From contig JAFECT010000010.1 in NCBI GenBank assembly GCA_018241995.1, positions 25,384 through 89,383 of the forward strand: 64,000 bases of DNA, read 5' to 3'. The translations under genes were made by a program, and so were the position numbers. The notes beneath the pieces were generated by a model. The model saw only the letters and a program-made list of their open reading frames with translations. It was not told the origin of the DNA and did not search any database. Origin of the DNA: Pseudomonadota bacterium (GTDB taxonomy: Bacteria; Pseudomonadota; Alphaproteobacteria; Caulobacterales; Caulobacteraceae). This document shows positions 11,069 to 20,523 of this stretch, one piece after another (position 1 is the first letter of the stretch; every line of letters begins with the position of its first letter).

Positions 11069-11725
11069 TCAGACCACCTCGCCGGTCGTCTGATAGCGGT
11101 TCAGCGCCTCACCCATCTCGCCATAGGCCCTGGCCACCGCCGGATGCTGCTTCAGGCGTTCGGCATAGGCTTTCAGGCGCGGCCGGTCGCCCAGAAGATC
11201 GCGGCCGAAGGCCATGGCCACCAGCGGCAGATAGAACAGGGGCGGGGCGATCTGCACGTCGGCGGTAGAGAAGCCCGCGCCGGCCGCATAGCCGTCGTCG
11301 CTCAGGAAGACGTTGAGCCCGTCCAGCCCCTTCTCGACCTCCTCCAGCAGGGCATCAACCACCGCCTGGTCGCGCTGGGCGGGGTTCAGCTGGCCGAACA
11401 GCTTGGACATGGGCGCCATGACATAGAGATCGGCGAGGCGGGCCAGGACGCGGGCCTTGGCCTTGTCCTCCGCACTCGCGGGCCTCAGCGGCGCGGCGTC
11501 GGGGAAGGCGTCCTCGAAATATTCGACGATGGTGTCGGATTCCGGGATGCACAGGCCGTCGTCGCGCACCAGGCAGGGCACCTTGCCCATCGGATTGATG
11601 GCCCGATAGTCGTCCGAACCGGGGCCGCCGGGCGGCGGGGCGATTTGCACATCCAGGCCTTTGGCGTAGATGGCGATACGCGGGCGGGCCGCATAGGGCG
11701 ACAGGTTGACGGAGTAGAGCTTCAT
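11069..11725 (-). CDS. Glutathione S-transferase family protein
   Basis: The track ORF (502 aa) is over-extended antisense into dapB. The real start is MKLYSVNLSPYAARPRIAIYAKG at 11725. It has a GST N-terminal thioredoxin-like fold (PMGKVPCLV, ESDTIVEYF) and a C-terminal helical domain. Confidence 0.8.
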   Translation of the reverse strand: MKLYSVNLSPYAARPRIAIYAKGLDVQIAPPPGGPGSDDYRAINPMGKVPCLVRDDGLCIPESDTIVEYFEDAFPDAAPLRPASAEDKAKARVLARLADLYVMAPMSKLFGQLNPAQRDQAVVDALLEEVEKGLDGLNVFLSDDGYAAGAGFSTADVQIAPPLFYLPLVAMAFGRDLLGDRPRLKAYAERLKQHPAVARAYGEMGEALNRYQTTGEVV

Positions 11726-11818
11726 GGGGGCGATCCTCGGCTGGTCCTCGACGTCCGGACAGGCCATTAAGTATCGAAAGAAAACGGACTGGCCAAGCAT
11801 CCTTTTGGGGCCGGTCGC

Positions 11819-12565
11819 GTGAGCGCGCCCCTGCATGTCGGCGTGGCCGGCTGGCGCGGGCGCATGGGCCGGGCCGTGTCGCAAGTGCTGGAAGAGCGCG
11901 CCGACGCCTTCGCGGCGTTGCGCTTCGAACGGGGCGAGACGCCGGACTTCTCCGTCTGCGACGTGATCATCGACTTCACCACGCCCGAGGCCTCCGTCGA
12001 GCTGGCCGAGCGCTGCGCCGCGCGTGGCGGCCCGGCCCTGGTGATCGGCTCCACCGGCTTCACGCCCGAGCAATGCGCCGCAGTCGAAGCGGCCTCCGCC
12101 AAGGTCGCGGTCGTGCTCAGCGGCAACTATTCGCTCGGGGTGAACATCTTGGTCGGTCTGGTCGAACAGGCTGCGCGCAAGCTCAAGGCCGAGGCCTGGG
12201 ACGTGGAGGTGTTCGAGGCCCACCACCGGCGCAAGGTCGATGCGCCTTCCGGCACCGCCCTGATGCTGGGCGACGCGGCCGCGCGGGGGCGCGGGACCGA
12301 ACTGGACGCCGTGCGCACCCCGGCGCGGGAAGGCATCACCGGCGCGCGAGAGACCGGCTCCATCGGCTTCTCGGCCCTGCGCGCCGGCGGGATCGTGGGC
12401 GAGCACGCGGTGGTGTTCGCCTCCGAGGACGAGGTCCTGACCCTGTCGCACTCGGCCAGGGACCGTTCGCTGTTCGCCCGTGGGGCGGTGGAGGCCGCGC
12501 TGTGGGTCGCGCGAAAGCCCCCTGGCGTTTATGACATGCAGGACGTGCTGGGCTTCAGGGCCTAA
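11819..12565 (+). CDS. dapB: 4-hydroxy-tetrahydrodipicolinate reductase
   Basis: 248 aa with a GTG start. Motifs: VGVAGWRGRMGR (NAD-binding site), EAHHRRKVDAPSGTA, and ALRAGGIVGEH. Confidence 0.9.
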   Translation: MSAPLHVGVAGWRGRMGRAVSQVLEERADAFAALRFERGETPDFSVCDVIIDFTTPEASVELAERCAARGGPALVIGSTGFTPEQCAAVEAASAKVAVVLSGNYSLGVNILVGLVEQAARKLKAEAWDVEVFEAHHRRKVDAPSGTALMLGDAAARGRGTELDAVRTPAREGITGARETGSIGFSALRAGGIVGEHAVVFASEDEVLTLSHSARDRSLFARGAVEAALWVARKPPGVYDMQDVLGFRA

Positions 12566-12575
12566 GCCGAAAAGC

Positions 12576-12612
12576 AAAACGGGCGGGGATCGCTCCCCGC
12601 CCGCCGTTTCTT
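12576..12612. terminator. Bidirectional intrinsic terminator between convergent genes
   Basis: A perfect 9-bp GC stem, GGGCGGGGA (12581..12589) / TCCCCGCCC (12594..12602), with a 4-nt loop. It is flanked by an A-rich 5' side and a GTTTCTT 3' side. Confidence 0.65.
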
Positions 12613-12628
12613 CCGTGCCTAGACGGCC

Positions 12629-12949
12629 TCAGCCCATCTTGAAGACGTTCTTCTTCAGGAAGAAGAAGACCACGATCAGGATGGCATAGCCGACCAGCAA
12701 CGAGATCGCCTGCATCCAGAACGCCTGGGACATCACGTCCGGGAAGACGAACTTGCCCCCCTGGACCAGCGGCAGCAGGGCGATGATCGCCAGATGCACG
12801 ATGACGGCGCCGATCGCCATGAAGATCAGACGGCCCCAGGTCTTCATCATCAACACCGCGATCAGGGCGATGATGATGGCGACCACCGACGTGCGTACGT
12901 CGTTGAAGCCGTGGTGAATAAAGTCGAGTACGGGTTTAGCCGCGTCCAT
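12629..12949 (-). CDS. Small integral membrane protein, function unknown
   Basis: 106 aa with three hydrophobic segments predicted by eye. Its GC content is visibly lower than that of its neighbours. Confidence 0.6.
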   Translation of the reverse strand: MDAAKPVLDFIHHGFNDVRTSVVAIIIALIAVLMMKTWGRLIFMAIGAVIVHLAIIALLPLVQGGKFVFPDVMSQAFWMQAISLLVGYAILIVVFFFLKKNVFKMG

Positions 12950-13036
12950 GTGAAAGTCCCTCCAGCCGCTCGTCTCCCCCGAGCTTGGCTTTGGTTAACA
13001 CGAACAAGGGCTTGAAGGCGAGTCGCGGACCGATGT

Positions 13037-13501
13037 TCAGCGACCGCCGGTCGATCCGAAGCCGCCGGCCCCGCGCGCGGTCTCGTCCAGGCTGTCGGTC
13101 TCGGCCCAGGCGATCTGCTGGTAGCGGGCGATGACCATCTGGGCGATGCGGTCGCCGCGACGGATCACGAAGGGCTCCGAGCCGAGGTTGATCAGGATCA
13201 CGCCCACTTCCCCACGATAGTCGCTGTCGATGGTGCCGGGCGAATTCAGGCAGGTGATGCCTGACTTCAGCGCCAGGCCCGAGCGCGGGCGGACCTGCGC
13301 CTCGAAGCCCGGCGGCACGGCGATGCAGAAGCCGGTGGGGATCAGGGCGCGTTCGCCCGGCGCCAGGGTGCGGGGTTGGTCCTCCGCCACGGCGGCGCGC
13401 AGGTCCATGCCGGCGGCGCGCTCGGTGCCGTAGTGGGGCAGGTCCAGGCCTTCGCCGTGAGCCAGGCGCAGGATGCTGATCTCAGTCTTGCCGTCGCTCA
13501 C
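13037..13501 (-). CDS. dut: dUTP diphosphatase
   Basis: 154 aa. Motifs [25 protein letters not shown] and RIAQMV match Dut. Confidence 0.93.
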   Translation of the reverse strand: MSDGKTEISILRLAHGEGLDLPHYGTERAAGMDLRAAVAEDQPRTLAPGERALIPTGFCIAVPPGFEAQVRPRSGLALKSGITCLNSPGTIDSDYRGEVGVILINLGSEPFVIRRGDRIAQMVIARYQQIAWAETDSLDETARGAGGFGSTGGR

Positions 13502-14696
13502 CCAAAGCCTCCGCGATCTTCAGCGCCAGCCTGCGGCCGACCTCGGCCTTGGACGCCCGCTCCCATCGCTCGATTCCATCGTGCGCGACCAGGGTCACGG
13601 TGTTCTGGTCCTCGCCGAACACCCCGCCTGAGGCTCCGCCCACCGCATTGGCCACGATCAGGTCGCAGCCCTTGGCCTTGAGCTTGGCCCGGGCATAGGC
13701 CTCCACGTCGTTGGTTTCGGCCGCGAAGCCGACCACGATCTTAGGCCGTTCCGGGCCGGGCTTGGACAGGCCCGCAAGGATGTCGGGGTTCTCGACCAGC
13801 CGCATCACGCCTTCGCCGCCGGTCTTCTTGATCTTGCGCCCGGCGATGCTTTCGGGGCGCCAGTCGGCCACCGCGGCCACGCAGACCGCCACGTCGACGG
13901 GCAGGGCGGCGCGGCACGCCTCCTCCATCTCCATCGCGGTCTGCACATCGACGCGCTTCACGCCGAACGGAACAGGCAGGGCCGTCGGGCCGGAAACCAG
14001 GGTCACCTCGGCGCCCAGGCCGGCCAGGGCCTGGGCCACCGCATAGCCCTGCTTGCCCGAGGAACGGTTGGTCATGCCCCGGACCGGGTCGATGGGCTCG
14101 AAGGTCGGGCCCGCTGTCACCAGGGCGCGGCGGCCCTGCAGCGGCCGGCCCGCCTCCCCGCCCAGCAGCGCCTCGATCGTCGCCAGGATCGCCGCCGGCT
14201 CGGCCATGCGGCCCGGCCCGAACTCCCCGCAGGCCATCTCGCCCTCGTCGGGGCCGACCACCTGGACGCCGTCGGCCCGCAGGGCCGCCATGTTCCGGCG
14301 TGTGGCCGGGTGCAGCCACATGCGCACGTTCATGGCCGGCGCGACCAGCACCGGCTTGTCGGTGGCCAACAGCACGGTCGAGGCCAGGTCGTCGGCCAGG
14401 CCGTTCGCCATCCTGGCCATCAGGTTGGCGGTCGCCGGCGCTACGACCAGCAGGTCCGCATCGCGCGACAGCTCGATGTGGCCCATCTCGTGCTCGTCGG
14501 TCAGGGAGAACAGGTCCTGATAGACCCTGTCCTCGGTCAGGGCGGCCAGGGACAGGGGCGTTACGAACTGGGTCCCGGCCTGGGTCAGCACCGCGCGCAC
14601 GCTCATGCCCGCCTTGCGGATCAGCCTGACCAGCTCCAGCGCCTTGTAGGCGGCGATGCCGCCGCCGACGATCAGCAGGATACGTCGTTGCGCCAA
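13482..14696 (-). CDS. coaBC: Bifunctional phosphopantothenoylcysteine decarboxylase / phosphopantothenate-cysteine ligase
   Basis: The track ORF extends to 14792. I prefer the TTG start at 14696, preceded by AGGAG 7 nt upstream, giving (M)[23 protein letters not shown]. It carries the CoaC flavoprotein and CoaB ligase motifs (ITAGPTxEPIDPVR-type [22 protein letters not shown]). The 3' end overlaps the dut start by 20 nt. Confidence 0.9.
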   Translation of the reverse strand: MAQRRILLIVGGGIAAYKALELVRLIRKAGMSVRAVLTQAGTQFVTPLSLAALTEDRVYQDLFSLTDEHEMGHIELSRDADLLVVAPATANLMARMANGLADDLASTVLLATDKPVLVAPAMNVRMWLHPATRRNMAALRADGVQVVGPDEGEMACGEFGPGRMAEPAAILATIEALLGGEAGRPLQGRRALVTAGPTFEPIDPVRGMTNRSSGKQGYAVAQALAGLGAEVTLVSGPTALPVPFGVKRVDVQTAMEMEEACRAALPVDVAVCVAAVADWRPESIAGRKIKKTGGEGVMRLVENPDILAGLSKPGPERPKIVVGFAAETNDVEAYARAKLKAKGCDLIVANAVGGASGGVFGEDQNTVTLVAHDGIERWERASKAEVGRRLALKIAEALGERRQD

Positions 14697-14837
14697 GGGA
14701 AAGCTCCTGAAGGAGAGATCGCAGCAGATAGCGCGCCCGGCCTGCCGCGTCGACCGTCGAGCAGGCTCGAAAATAGAACATTGCAAGAACAACGCTCTTG
14801 CGATAACGGTGCTCGCTCTAGGGTTGGAGGAACCGAG

Positions 14838-15419
14838 ATGAATCGTATTTCGATCGCGCTTGCGGGCGTCTGCGCCGCCGGCCTGGCCGCCCTGTCGGCC
14901 TGCGACAACGGGCCGTCGGCCGTGAAGGGCCGCGACCGGGACCGCAATGTCAGCGACGCCAGCTATCGCTCAAGCGGCGGCTACGGCAGCGACCGCGGCT
15001 ACAGCCGTGACGGCGCCGACAAGGGCGGCGGTTCGGACAGCGGCGGGCGTAGCGTCGGCGGCCACGACACCTGGTGGGCGTCCTCGCGCAAGCATTCCGC
15101 CTCGGAGGGCGCGCGCGCCCAGTTCGAGCGCGACGGGGCGCAGTTCGGCGCCGCAGACGTCAACGACTACGCCGCCAAGGCCCATGCCTTCATCAGCCAT
15201 CCGCCCAAGGGCACCCTGACCTTGGAACGAAAGAACGGGGATGTGCTGTTGTACGATCCGAAGACCAACGTCTTCGCGGTCGCCACCCGCGACGGCGCGC
15301 CCAGGACCATGTTCAAGCCCGACCAGGGCATGGCCTATTGGGAGGAACAGAAGGCGAGAGAGGCCAGCCGCAAGAACCGTGGCAGGAACAGCCGAAACAC
15401 CGACGACCAGGGCAACTGA
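14838..15419 (+). CDS. Hypothetical lipoprotein with a Gly/Ser/Asp/Arg-rich linker
   Basis: The true start is the ATG at 14838, after a GGAGG Shine-Dalgarno; the longer track ORF is antisense to coaBC. The signal peptide has the lipobox LSAC. The low-complexity GGYGSDRGYSRDGADKGGGSDSGG linker is followed by a roughly 100-aa folded-looking C-terminal domain. Confidence 0.7.
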   Translation: MNRISIALAGVCAAGLAALSACDNGPSAVKGRDRDRNVSDASYRSSGGYGSDRGYSRDGADKGGGSDSGGRSVGGHDTWWASSRKHSASEGARAQFERDGAQFGAADVNDYAAKAHAFISHPPKGTLTLERKNGDVLLYDPKTNVFAVATRDGAPRTMFKPDQGMAYWEEQKAREASRKNRGRNSRNTDDQGN

Positions 15420-15426
15420 CGCACGC

Positions 15427-15630
15427 GTGGCCTGCCCCGCCTGCGGGCAGGCCACACTCAGGGCCGCGGGCAAGGACGAAGTCTGCTCGAACTGCGGCTG
15501 GCAGGACGATCCGGCCAGCCGGGACGACGAGACCGCGACCTCGCAGGAGAACGGCCTGAGCCTCAGGCAGGCCCGCTGGAACGTCGAGCAATTCAGTCTG
15601 GCGTTTCCGCCTTCGGAGGTCGGGGTCTAG
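15427..15630 (+). CDS. Cysteine-rich CPCC-family small protein
   Basis: GTG start at 15427, in frame with the track ORF 15241..15630. (M)ACPACGQATL...EVCSNCGWQDDP...NGLSLRQARWNVEQF fits the CPxCG...C.xCxW(E/Q)DD...SL.eAr pattern of this family. Confidence 0.6.
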   Translation: MACPACGQATLRAAGKDEVCSNCGWQDDPASRDDETATSQENGLSLRQARWNVEQFSLAFPPSEVGV

Positions 15631-15701
15631 GCCCCGGCCTATGCCGGGCGACGTGATGTCCGGCCACCAATCCGCCATGCTGGAGTCGCCAGCTTGGCCT
15701 T

Positions 15702-16331
15702 ATGCCCACACCCTCCCTGCGCCCGCCGAGCCGTCGTCTGGTCGCCCTTAGTCTCCTTGCGTCGGCGTCCCCCGCCCTGGCCGTCCCAGTAGCCGTCGGT
15801 GAAAGGCTGGCGGCTGCGGCGCGCAGGCAGGTGGGCGTCACACGCGGGTACGATCCGGCCTATCGGCGTATCGGCTACCCCGGCGGGGACGTGCCGCGCG
15901 CGACCGGGGTCTGCGCCGACGTGGTGGTTCGCGCGGCGCGCGATGCGCTCGGCCTCGATCTGCAACGGTTGGTGCATGAGGACATGACGCGCGCCTTCGC
16001 CGCCTACCCCTCGCGGCGCGCCTGGGGGCTCGCCGGGCCGGACGCCAACATCGACCATCGTCGCGTACTTAACCTGGAGGTGTTCTGGAGCCGCCATGGC
16101 GCGAGGTTATGGCAGGCGCCGAGCGCGGTTTCCGGTTCCGGCTTTCCGGGGCGGCTGGAGCCAGGCGACTTCCTCACCTGGCGGCTACCCGGCGGTCCCC
16201 ACGTGGGCGTGGTGGTCTCGGGCGGCGTCTTTCCACGGATCGTCCACAACATCGGCGACGGCGCGCGCGAGGCGTTCCTGGCGGAGGTGATGTTCGGCCA
16301 CACCTACGGTCGATACCGCTGGCCGACCTGA
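15702..16331 (+). CDS. DUF1287 domain-containing protein with a signal peptide
   Basis: 209 aa. GYDPAYRRIGYPGGDVPRATGVCADVVVRAARD and HVGVVVS match my memory of the DUF1287 signature. Confidence 0.7.
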   Translation: MPTPSLRPPSRRLVALSLLASASPALAVPVAVGERLAAAARRQVGVTRGYDPAYRRIGYPGGDVPRATGVCADVVVRAARDALGLDLQRLVHEDMTRAFAAYPSRRAWGLAGPDANIDHRRVLNLEVFWSRHGARLWQAPSAVSGSGFPGRLEPGDFLTWRLPGGPHVGVVVSGGVFPRIVHNIGDGAREAFLAEVMFGHTYGRYRWPT

Positions 16332-16335
16332 ACCG

Positions 16336-17865
16336 TCAGAGCTTCAGGATTCCGATCTCTCGCAGGGCCACGAAGGCCTCGATGATCGCGACGATGGCCA
16401 GACCCAGCGCCCAGAGGGCCGCCGCGCTGGGCTTGCGGCTGGGTTCCGGGACGACGACCACCGGCTTGCCTTGAGTCTCGGCCCAGCGGGCCAGGCCACG
16501 AACGGCGACCAGGACTTCGCGGCCGATCTCGGCGACGCGCTTGGGCGGCGAAAGCTCGCGCGCGATCCAGCGCTCGACCACGGGCTGGGCGGCGCTCCAC
16601 AGGTCGTTCTGCGGGTCGATGCCGCGGGCCACGCCCTCGACCGTGACCATGGTCTTCTGCAGCAGCACCAGTTCGGGCCGCAGGCGCATGTCGAACAGGG
16701 CGGTCATCTCGAACAGCTGGGCCAGCAACCGGCCCATCGAGACTTCGTGTGCGGGCCGCCCGAACACCGGCTCGCCGACGGCGCGCAGGGCCTGGGCGAA
16801 GACCTCGACGGAATGGGTGCGCGGCACATAGCCCGCCTCGAAATGCACCTCCGCCACGCGCTGGTAGTCGCGGCGCAGAAAGCCCCAGAGGATCTCCGCC
16901 AGATAGCGCCGCTCCGGCGCCCCGATGCGACCGACAATGCCGAAGTCGACAGCGGTGATCTGGTGGGGCGGCGCGCAGAACAGATTGCCCTCGTGCAGGT
17001 CGGCGTGGAAGGTGCCGTGGTCCAGCGCTTGGCTCAGGAAGGCGCGGATCACGTTATCGGCCAGCACCTTGCGGTCCAGCCCCGGCTGCTCCAGCGCCGC
17101 CGGATCGCTCATCGGCAGGCCCTTGGCCCACTCCAGCGTCAGGGCGCGGCGGCCGACGCCCTCCCAGACCACCTTGGGCGCCTGCATGTAGGGATCGCGC
17201 GCCATGATCTCGCCGAGCTCGCTGGCGGCGGCGGCCTCTAAACGCAGGTCGAGCTCCAGGGCCATGGAGCGCGCCACCGTCCCGACAAACGCCTTCGGCT
17301 CCAGGCGGCGCGCGGCCGGCGCCACCGCTTCGGCCAGGCGCGCGCCCAGCTGCATGGCGCCGATGTCGCGCGCCACCAGCCGCTCGATGTTGGGGCGCAG
17401 GACCTTGACCGCGACCTTGCGCCCGTCGTGCAGCACCGCCCGGTGCGCCTGGGCGATGGAGGCGGCGGCGACCGCCTCGCCGAACTCGACGAACAGGGCC
17501 GCGATCGGCTGGCCCAGGGCCTTCTCGACCTCGGCGCGGGCCACCGCGTCGGGGAAGGCCGGCAGCCGGTCCTTCAGCCGCGACAGGTCCTCGGCGAACT
17601 GGCCGCCGAAGATGTCGGCGCGGGTGGAGAGCAGCTGGCCGAGCTTGATCGCCACCGGCCCCAGCCGCTCGAAGGCGCGCGCCAGCCGCTCCCCGGGCCG
17701 GCCCTGCCGGGCCTCGGGCCCCGCGAACAGGCGCACGAAGGCGGCGAAGGGCTTGGCCGCGCCCGGCAGCAGGTCGTTGAACTCGCGTGGCGCCAGGGCG
17801 TCGTGACGGGCCAGCACCCAGCCGGCGGCCATGAGGCGCAAGCCCGAGGAAAAGACCCACGCCAT
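16336..17865 (-). CDS. ubiB: Ubiquinone biosynthesis regulatory protein kinase UbiB (ABC1 family)
   Basis: 509 aa. It has ABC1 kinase-like motifs (AASIAQAHRAVL, FHADLHEGN, VDFGIVGR) and C-terminal TM helices, and lies directly downstream of ubiE. Confidence 0.9.
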   Translation of the reverse strand: MAWVFSSGLRLMAAGWVLARHDALAPREFNDLLPGAAKPFAAFVRLFAGPEARQGRPGERLARAFERLGPVAIKLGQLLSTRADIFGGQFAEDLSRLKDRLPAFPDAVARAEVEKALGQPIAALFVEFGEAVAAASIAQAHRAVLHDGRKVAVKVLRPNIERLVARDIGAMQLGARLAEAVAPAARRLEPKAFVGTVARSMALELDLRLEAAAASELGEIMARDPYMQAPKVVWEGVGRRALTLEWAKGLPMSDPAALEQPGLDRKVLADNVIRAFLSQALDHGTFHADLHEGNLFCAPPHQITAVDFGIVGRIGAPERRYLAEILWGFLRRDYQRVAEVHFEAGYVPRTHSVEVFAQALRAVGEPVFGRPAHEVSMGRLLAQLFEMTALFDMRLRPELVLLQKTMVTVEGVARGIDPQNDLWSAAQPVVERWIARELSPPKRVAEIGREVLVAVRGLARWAETQGKPVVVVPEPSRKPSAAALWALGLAIVAIIEAFVALREIGILKL

Positions 17866-17872
17866 CGGCCGC

Positions 17873-18634
17873 TCAGACCGCCCAGCCGTGGTGCAGGGCG
17901 ACCACGCCGCCGCTGAAGTTGGTGTAGCCTGCCTTGCCGAACCCGGCCGCGCGCATCTTGGCGGCGAAGGCTTCCTGGTCGGGAAAGCGGCGGATGCTCT
18001 CGACCAGGTACTGATAGGAGTCGCGGTCGCCAGCCACCGCCCCGCCGATGGCCGGGATCACCTTGAACGAATAGGCGTCATAGGCCTTGCGCAGCGCCTC
18101 GGTGATCGGGCGCGAGAACTCCAGGCACAGGAACCGTCCGCCGGGCTTCAGCACGCGGCGCGCCTCGCGCAGGGCCTGGTCCACGTCGGCGACGTTCCTG
18201 ATGCCGAAGGCGATGACATAGGCGTCGGCGCAGGCGTCGGGCAGGGGCAGGGCCATGGCGTCGCCCACGCCCCAGGCCATCTCGGGCTCGGAGCCCTTCT
18301 CGATCCCGGCCTTCACCATCTCGGCATTGTAGTCGAGCAGCAGGATCTTCGCGTCCGGCCCGCCGCGACGCTTTTGGGCGCCCCTCGCCAGCCTGGCCAG
18401 GCGGCGCGAGATGTCGCCGGTGCCGCCGGCGCAGTCGATGATGGTCTCGCCGGGCTGGGGGTTGAGCCGCGCCGCCGTGGCGTCCTTCCAGAGCCGATGG
18501 GCGCCGGCGCTCATCAGGTCGTTCATCAGGTCGTAGCGCGAGGCGACGCGCTCGAACACGCCGCGCACCAGCGCCACTTTCTCGGTGGCGTCCACATCGC
18601 GGAATCCGAAGCTCGACTGGCGCTGCTCGCTCAT
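17873..18634 (-). CDS. ubiE: Demethylmenaquinone / 2-methoxy-6-polyprenyl-1,4-benzoquinol methyltransferase UbiE
   Basis: 253 aa. Motifs: [34 protein letters not shown], and the SAM-binding motif DCAGGTGD. Confidence 0.93.
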   Translation of the reverse strand: MSEQRQSSFGFRDVDATEKVALVRGVFERVASRYDLMNDLMSAGAHRLWKDATAARLNPQPGETIIDCAGGTGDISRRLARLARGAQKRRGGPDAKILLLDYNAEMVKAGIEKGSEPEMAWGVGDAMALPLPDACADAYVIAFGIRNVADVDQALREARRVLKPGGRFLCLEFSRPITEALRKAYDAYSFKVIPAIGGAVAGDRDSYQYLVESIRRFPDQEAFAAKMRAAGFGKAGYTNFSGGVVALHHGWAV

Positions 18635-18651
18635 GGTCGGCCTTCTAGACC

Positions 18652-18683
18652 GAAAAGGCGGCCGGTGTAACCGACCGCCCCTT
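18652..18683 (-). terminator. Candidate intrinsic terminator downstream of ald
   Basis: On the minus strand, GGCGGTCGG-ttacac-CCGGCCGCC forms a 9-bp stem with one G-U pair, followed by TTTTC. Confidence 0.5.
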
Positions 18684-18710
18684 CAGAGCTGCTGATTGTA
18701 GGCGTGGGGC

Positions 18711-19826
18711 TTACTGGGCCCAGACGCCGTAAGGATCCTTGAACGGCATGTTCAGGGCCTCGGCCACCGCGGGGTGGGTCAGCTCGCCGTTCAGGACGTT
18801 CAGGCCGCGCGCGAGGTGCGGGTTCTTCTTCAGCGCGTCCAGGCCGTGGTCGGCCAGGGCGAGGCCGAACGGCAGGGTGGCGTTGTTCAGCGCCTCGGAC
18901 GAGGTGCGCGGCGCCGCGCCCGGCATGTTGGCCACGCAGTAGTGGACGATGCCGTCGACCACATAGGTCGGGTTGGCATGGGTCGTGGCGTGCGAGGTCT
19001 CGAAGCAGCCGCCCTGGTCGATCGACACGTCGACCAGCACCGCGCCAGGCTTCATGCGCTTCAGGTGCTCCTTGCGGACCAGCTTGGGGGCCGCGGCGCC
19101 GGCGGTCAGCACGGCGCCGATGACGACGTCGGCCTTCAGGATTTCCTCCTCCACCGCGTCGAGCGAGGAGAAGCGGGTCAGGACGCGGCCCAGGAAGATG
19201 TCGTCGATCTCGCGCATGCGGGGGATCGAACGCTCCAGCACCACGACCTCGGCGTTCAGGCCCATGGCCATGCGCGCGGCGTTGGCGCCGACCACGCCGC
19301 CGCCCAGGACGGCCACGCGGGCGGGCGACACGCCCGGCACGCCGCAGAGCAGAAGGCCCATGCCGCCGTTGTGCTTCAGCAGGGTTTCAGCGGCCGAGAA
19401 AACGGCGATGCGGCCGGCGACTTCCGACATCGGGGCCAGCAGCGGCAGGCCGCCCTTGGCGTCGGTCACGGTCTCGTAGGCGATCGCGGCGCAGCCGGAC
19501 TTGAGCAGGCCGTGGGTCTGGTCGGGATCCGGGGCCAAGTGCAGGTAGGTGAACAGGATCTGGTTCGGCTTCAGCTTCACCCACTCGACCGCCTGAGGCT
19601 CCTTCACCTTCACGATCATGTCGGCCTGGTCGAACACCGCGTCGGCGTCGGCGACGATCTTGGCGCCTGCCTTGACGTAGGCCTCATCGGGGAAGCCCGC
19701 GCCGATGCCGGCCCCGGTCTGGATCAGGACCTCGTGGCCGTGCGCGACGTACTCGCGGGCCGACGACGGGGTAAGGCCGACGCGGTATTCGTCGGGCTTG
19801 ATTTCCTTGGGCACACCCACGCGCAT
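18711..19826 (-). CDS. ald: Alanine dehydrogenase
   Basis: The conserved start MRVGVPKEIKPDEYRVGLTP is at 19826; the track ORF is 30 codons longer. It has the Rossmann motif VLGGGVVG and is 371 aa long. Confidence 0.93.
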   Translation of the reverse strand: MRVGVPKEIKPDEYRVGLTPSSAREYVAHGHEVLIQTGAGIGAGFPDEAYVKAGAKIVADADAVFDQADMIVKVKEPQAVEWVKLKPNQILFTYLHLAPDPDQTHGLLKSGCAAIAYETVTDAKGGLPLLAPMSEVAGRIAVFSAAETLLKHNGGMGLLLCGVPGVSPARVAVLGGGVVGANAARMAMGLNAEVVVLERSIPRMREIDDIFLGRVLTRFSSLDAVEEEILKADVVIGAVLTAGAAAPKLVRKEHLKRMKPGAVLVDVSIDQGGCFETSHATTHANPTYVVDGIVHYCVANMPGAAPRTSSEALNNATLPFGLALADHGLDALKKNPHLARGLNVLNGELTHPAVAEALNMPFKDPYGVWAQ

Positions 19827-19948
19827 GGCGGTTCTCCGATAGGGGAATTGGATGGGCGGCCTTTTACCCGAAGGGGCGAGCAAGTTCCTGTTGTTTTCGC
19901 CGCGCAGAGCCGCCATCGTGGCGCAATCCTGCGGCAGGCGGCCCCAAA

Positions 19949-20422
19949 ATGACGAATTCTGCGACCCAGCTTGATGCTACCGACAGAAAGCTGCTTGCGC
20001 GGCTGCAACGGGAGGGCCGCGCCACCAACGTCGAGCTGGCCCAGGCGGCGAACCTCTCCGAATCCGCCTGCCTGAGGCGCGTGAGGGCTCTGGAGCAGCG
20101 CGGCGTGATCAGCCGCTATGCGGCGGTGGTCGATGAGCGCGCGGTGGGCCTGCCGCTGTCGGTGTTCGTGACCGTGACTCTGGCGGCGCAGTCGGAACAG
20201 GCGCTGACCGCCTTCGAGACCGCGATTTCGCACGTGCGCGAGGTGGCGGAGTGCTACCTGATGACCGGCGGATCGGATTATCTGCTCAGGTTGGTGGTGC
20301 GAGACGTTGATGATCTCGAAAGGATACACTCACAGGAGCTCACCCGTATTCCGGGTGTGAATCGTATAAGTTCAAGCATAGCCATGCGCACGGTGGTCAA
20401 AAGGGCAGAGCTTCCCCTGTAG
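19949..20422 (+). CDS. Lrp/AsnC family transcriptional regulator, divergent from ald
   Basis: 157 aa. It has a helix-turn-helix (LDATDRKLLARLQREGRATNVELAQAANLSESACLRRVRALE) and a C-terminal RAM/AsnC_trans_reg domain. Pairing with ald is the well-known AldR-type arrangement. Confidence 0.88.
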   Translation: MTNSATQLDATDRKLLARLQREGRATNVELAQAANLSESACLRRVRALEQRGVISRYAAVVDERAVGLPLSVFVTVTLAAQSEQALTAFETAISHVREVAECYLMTGGSDYLLRLVVRDVDDLERIHSQELTRIPGVNRISSSIAMRTVVKRAELPL

Positions 20423-20458
20423 GGTGCTTGCGGCCTTGCTTGTTCATCTGGCGTTCAT

Positions 20459-20483
20459 GGAAACAGTTTCGCGGATATGCGTT
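20459..20483 (+). promoter_or_regulatory. Near-consensus EcfG-type (general stress response) promoter candidate
   Basis: GGAAA (20459..20463), N16, then CGTT (20480..20483) followed by TC, against the consensus GGAAC-N16-CGTT. There is one mismatch in the -35 element. It sits about 40 nt upstream of the ATG at 20524. Confidence 0.35.
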
Positions 20484-20523
20484 TCTTATCCCACGTCGGG
20501 TCTTGTGTAGGGAGTAAGAAGTT

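Noticed and set aside
11069-12577. A 502-aa minus-strand ORF containing the GST. Similar over-extended ORFs occur at 14310..15419, 13482..14792, 36619..38088, 28441..30999, 45761..47005 and 47757..48638.
   Set aside because: In each case the N-terminal extension runs antisense to, or overlaps, a neighbouring real gene and lacks family motifs. Internal starts with a Shine-Dalgarno, or with 4-nt stop/start overlaps, give proteins of canonical length.
14781-14803. An imperfect inverted repeat, TTGCAAGA-N7-TCTTGCGA, in the coaBC / lipoprotein divergent region.
   Set aside because: It matches 7 of 8 positions, is short, and has no associated regulator. It could be an operator, but the evidence is too thin.
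15578-15605. GGAAC...CGTT inside the 3' end of the CPCC gene, upstream of the DUF1287 gene.
   Set aside because: The spacer is 19 nt rather than the 16 (or 17) nt seen in the three perfect EcfG promoters of this window, so it is probably a chance occurrence.
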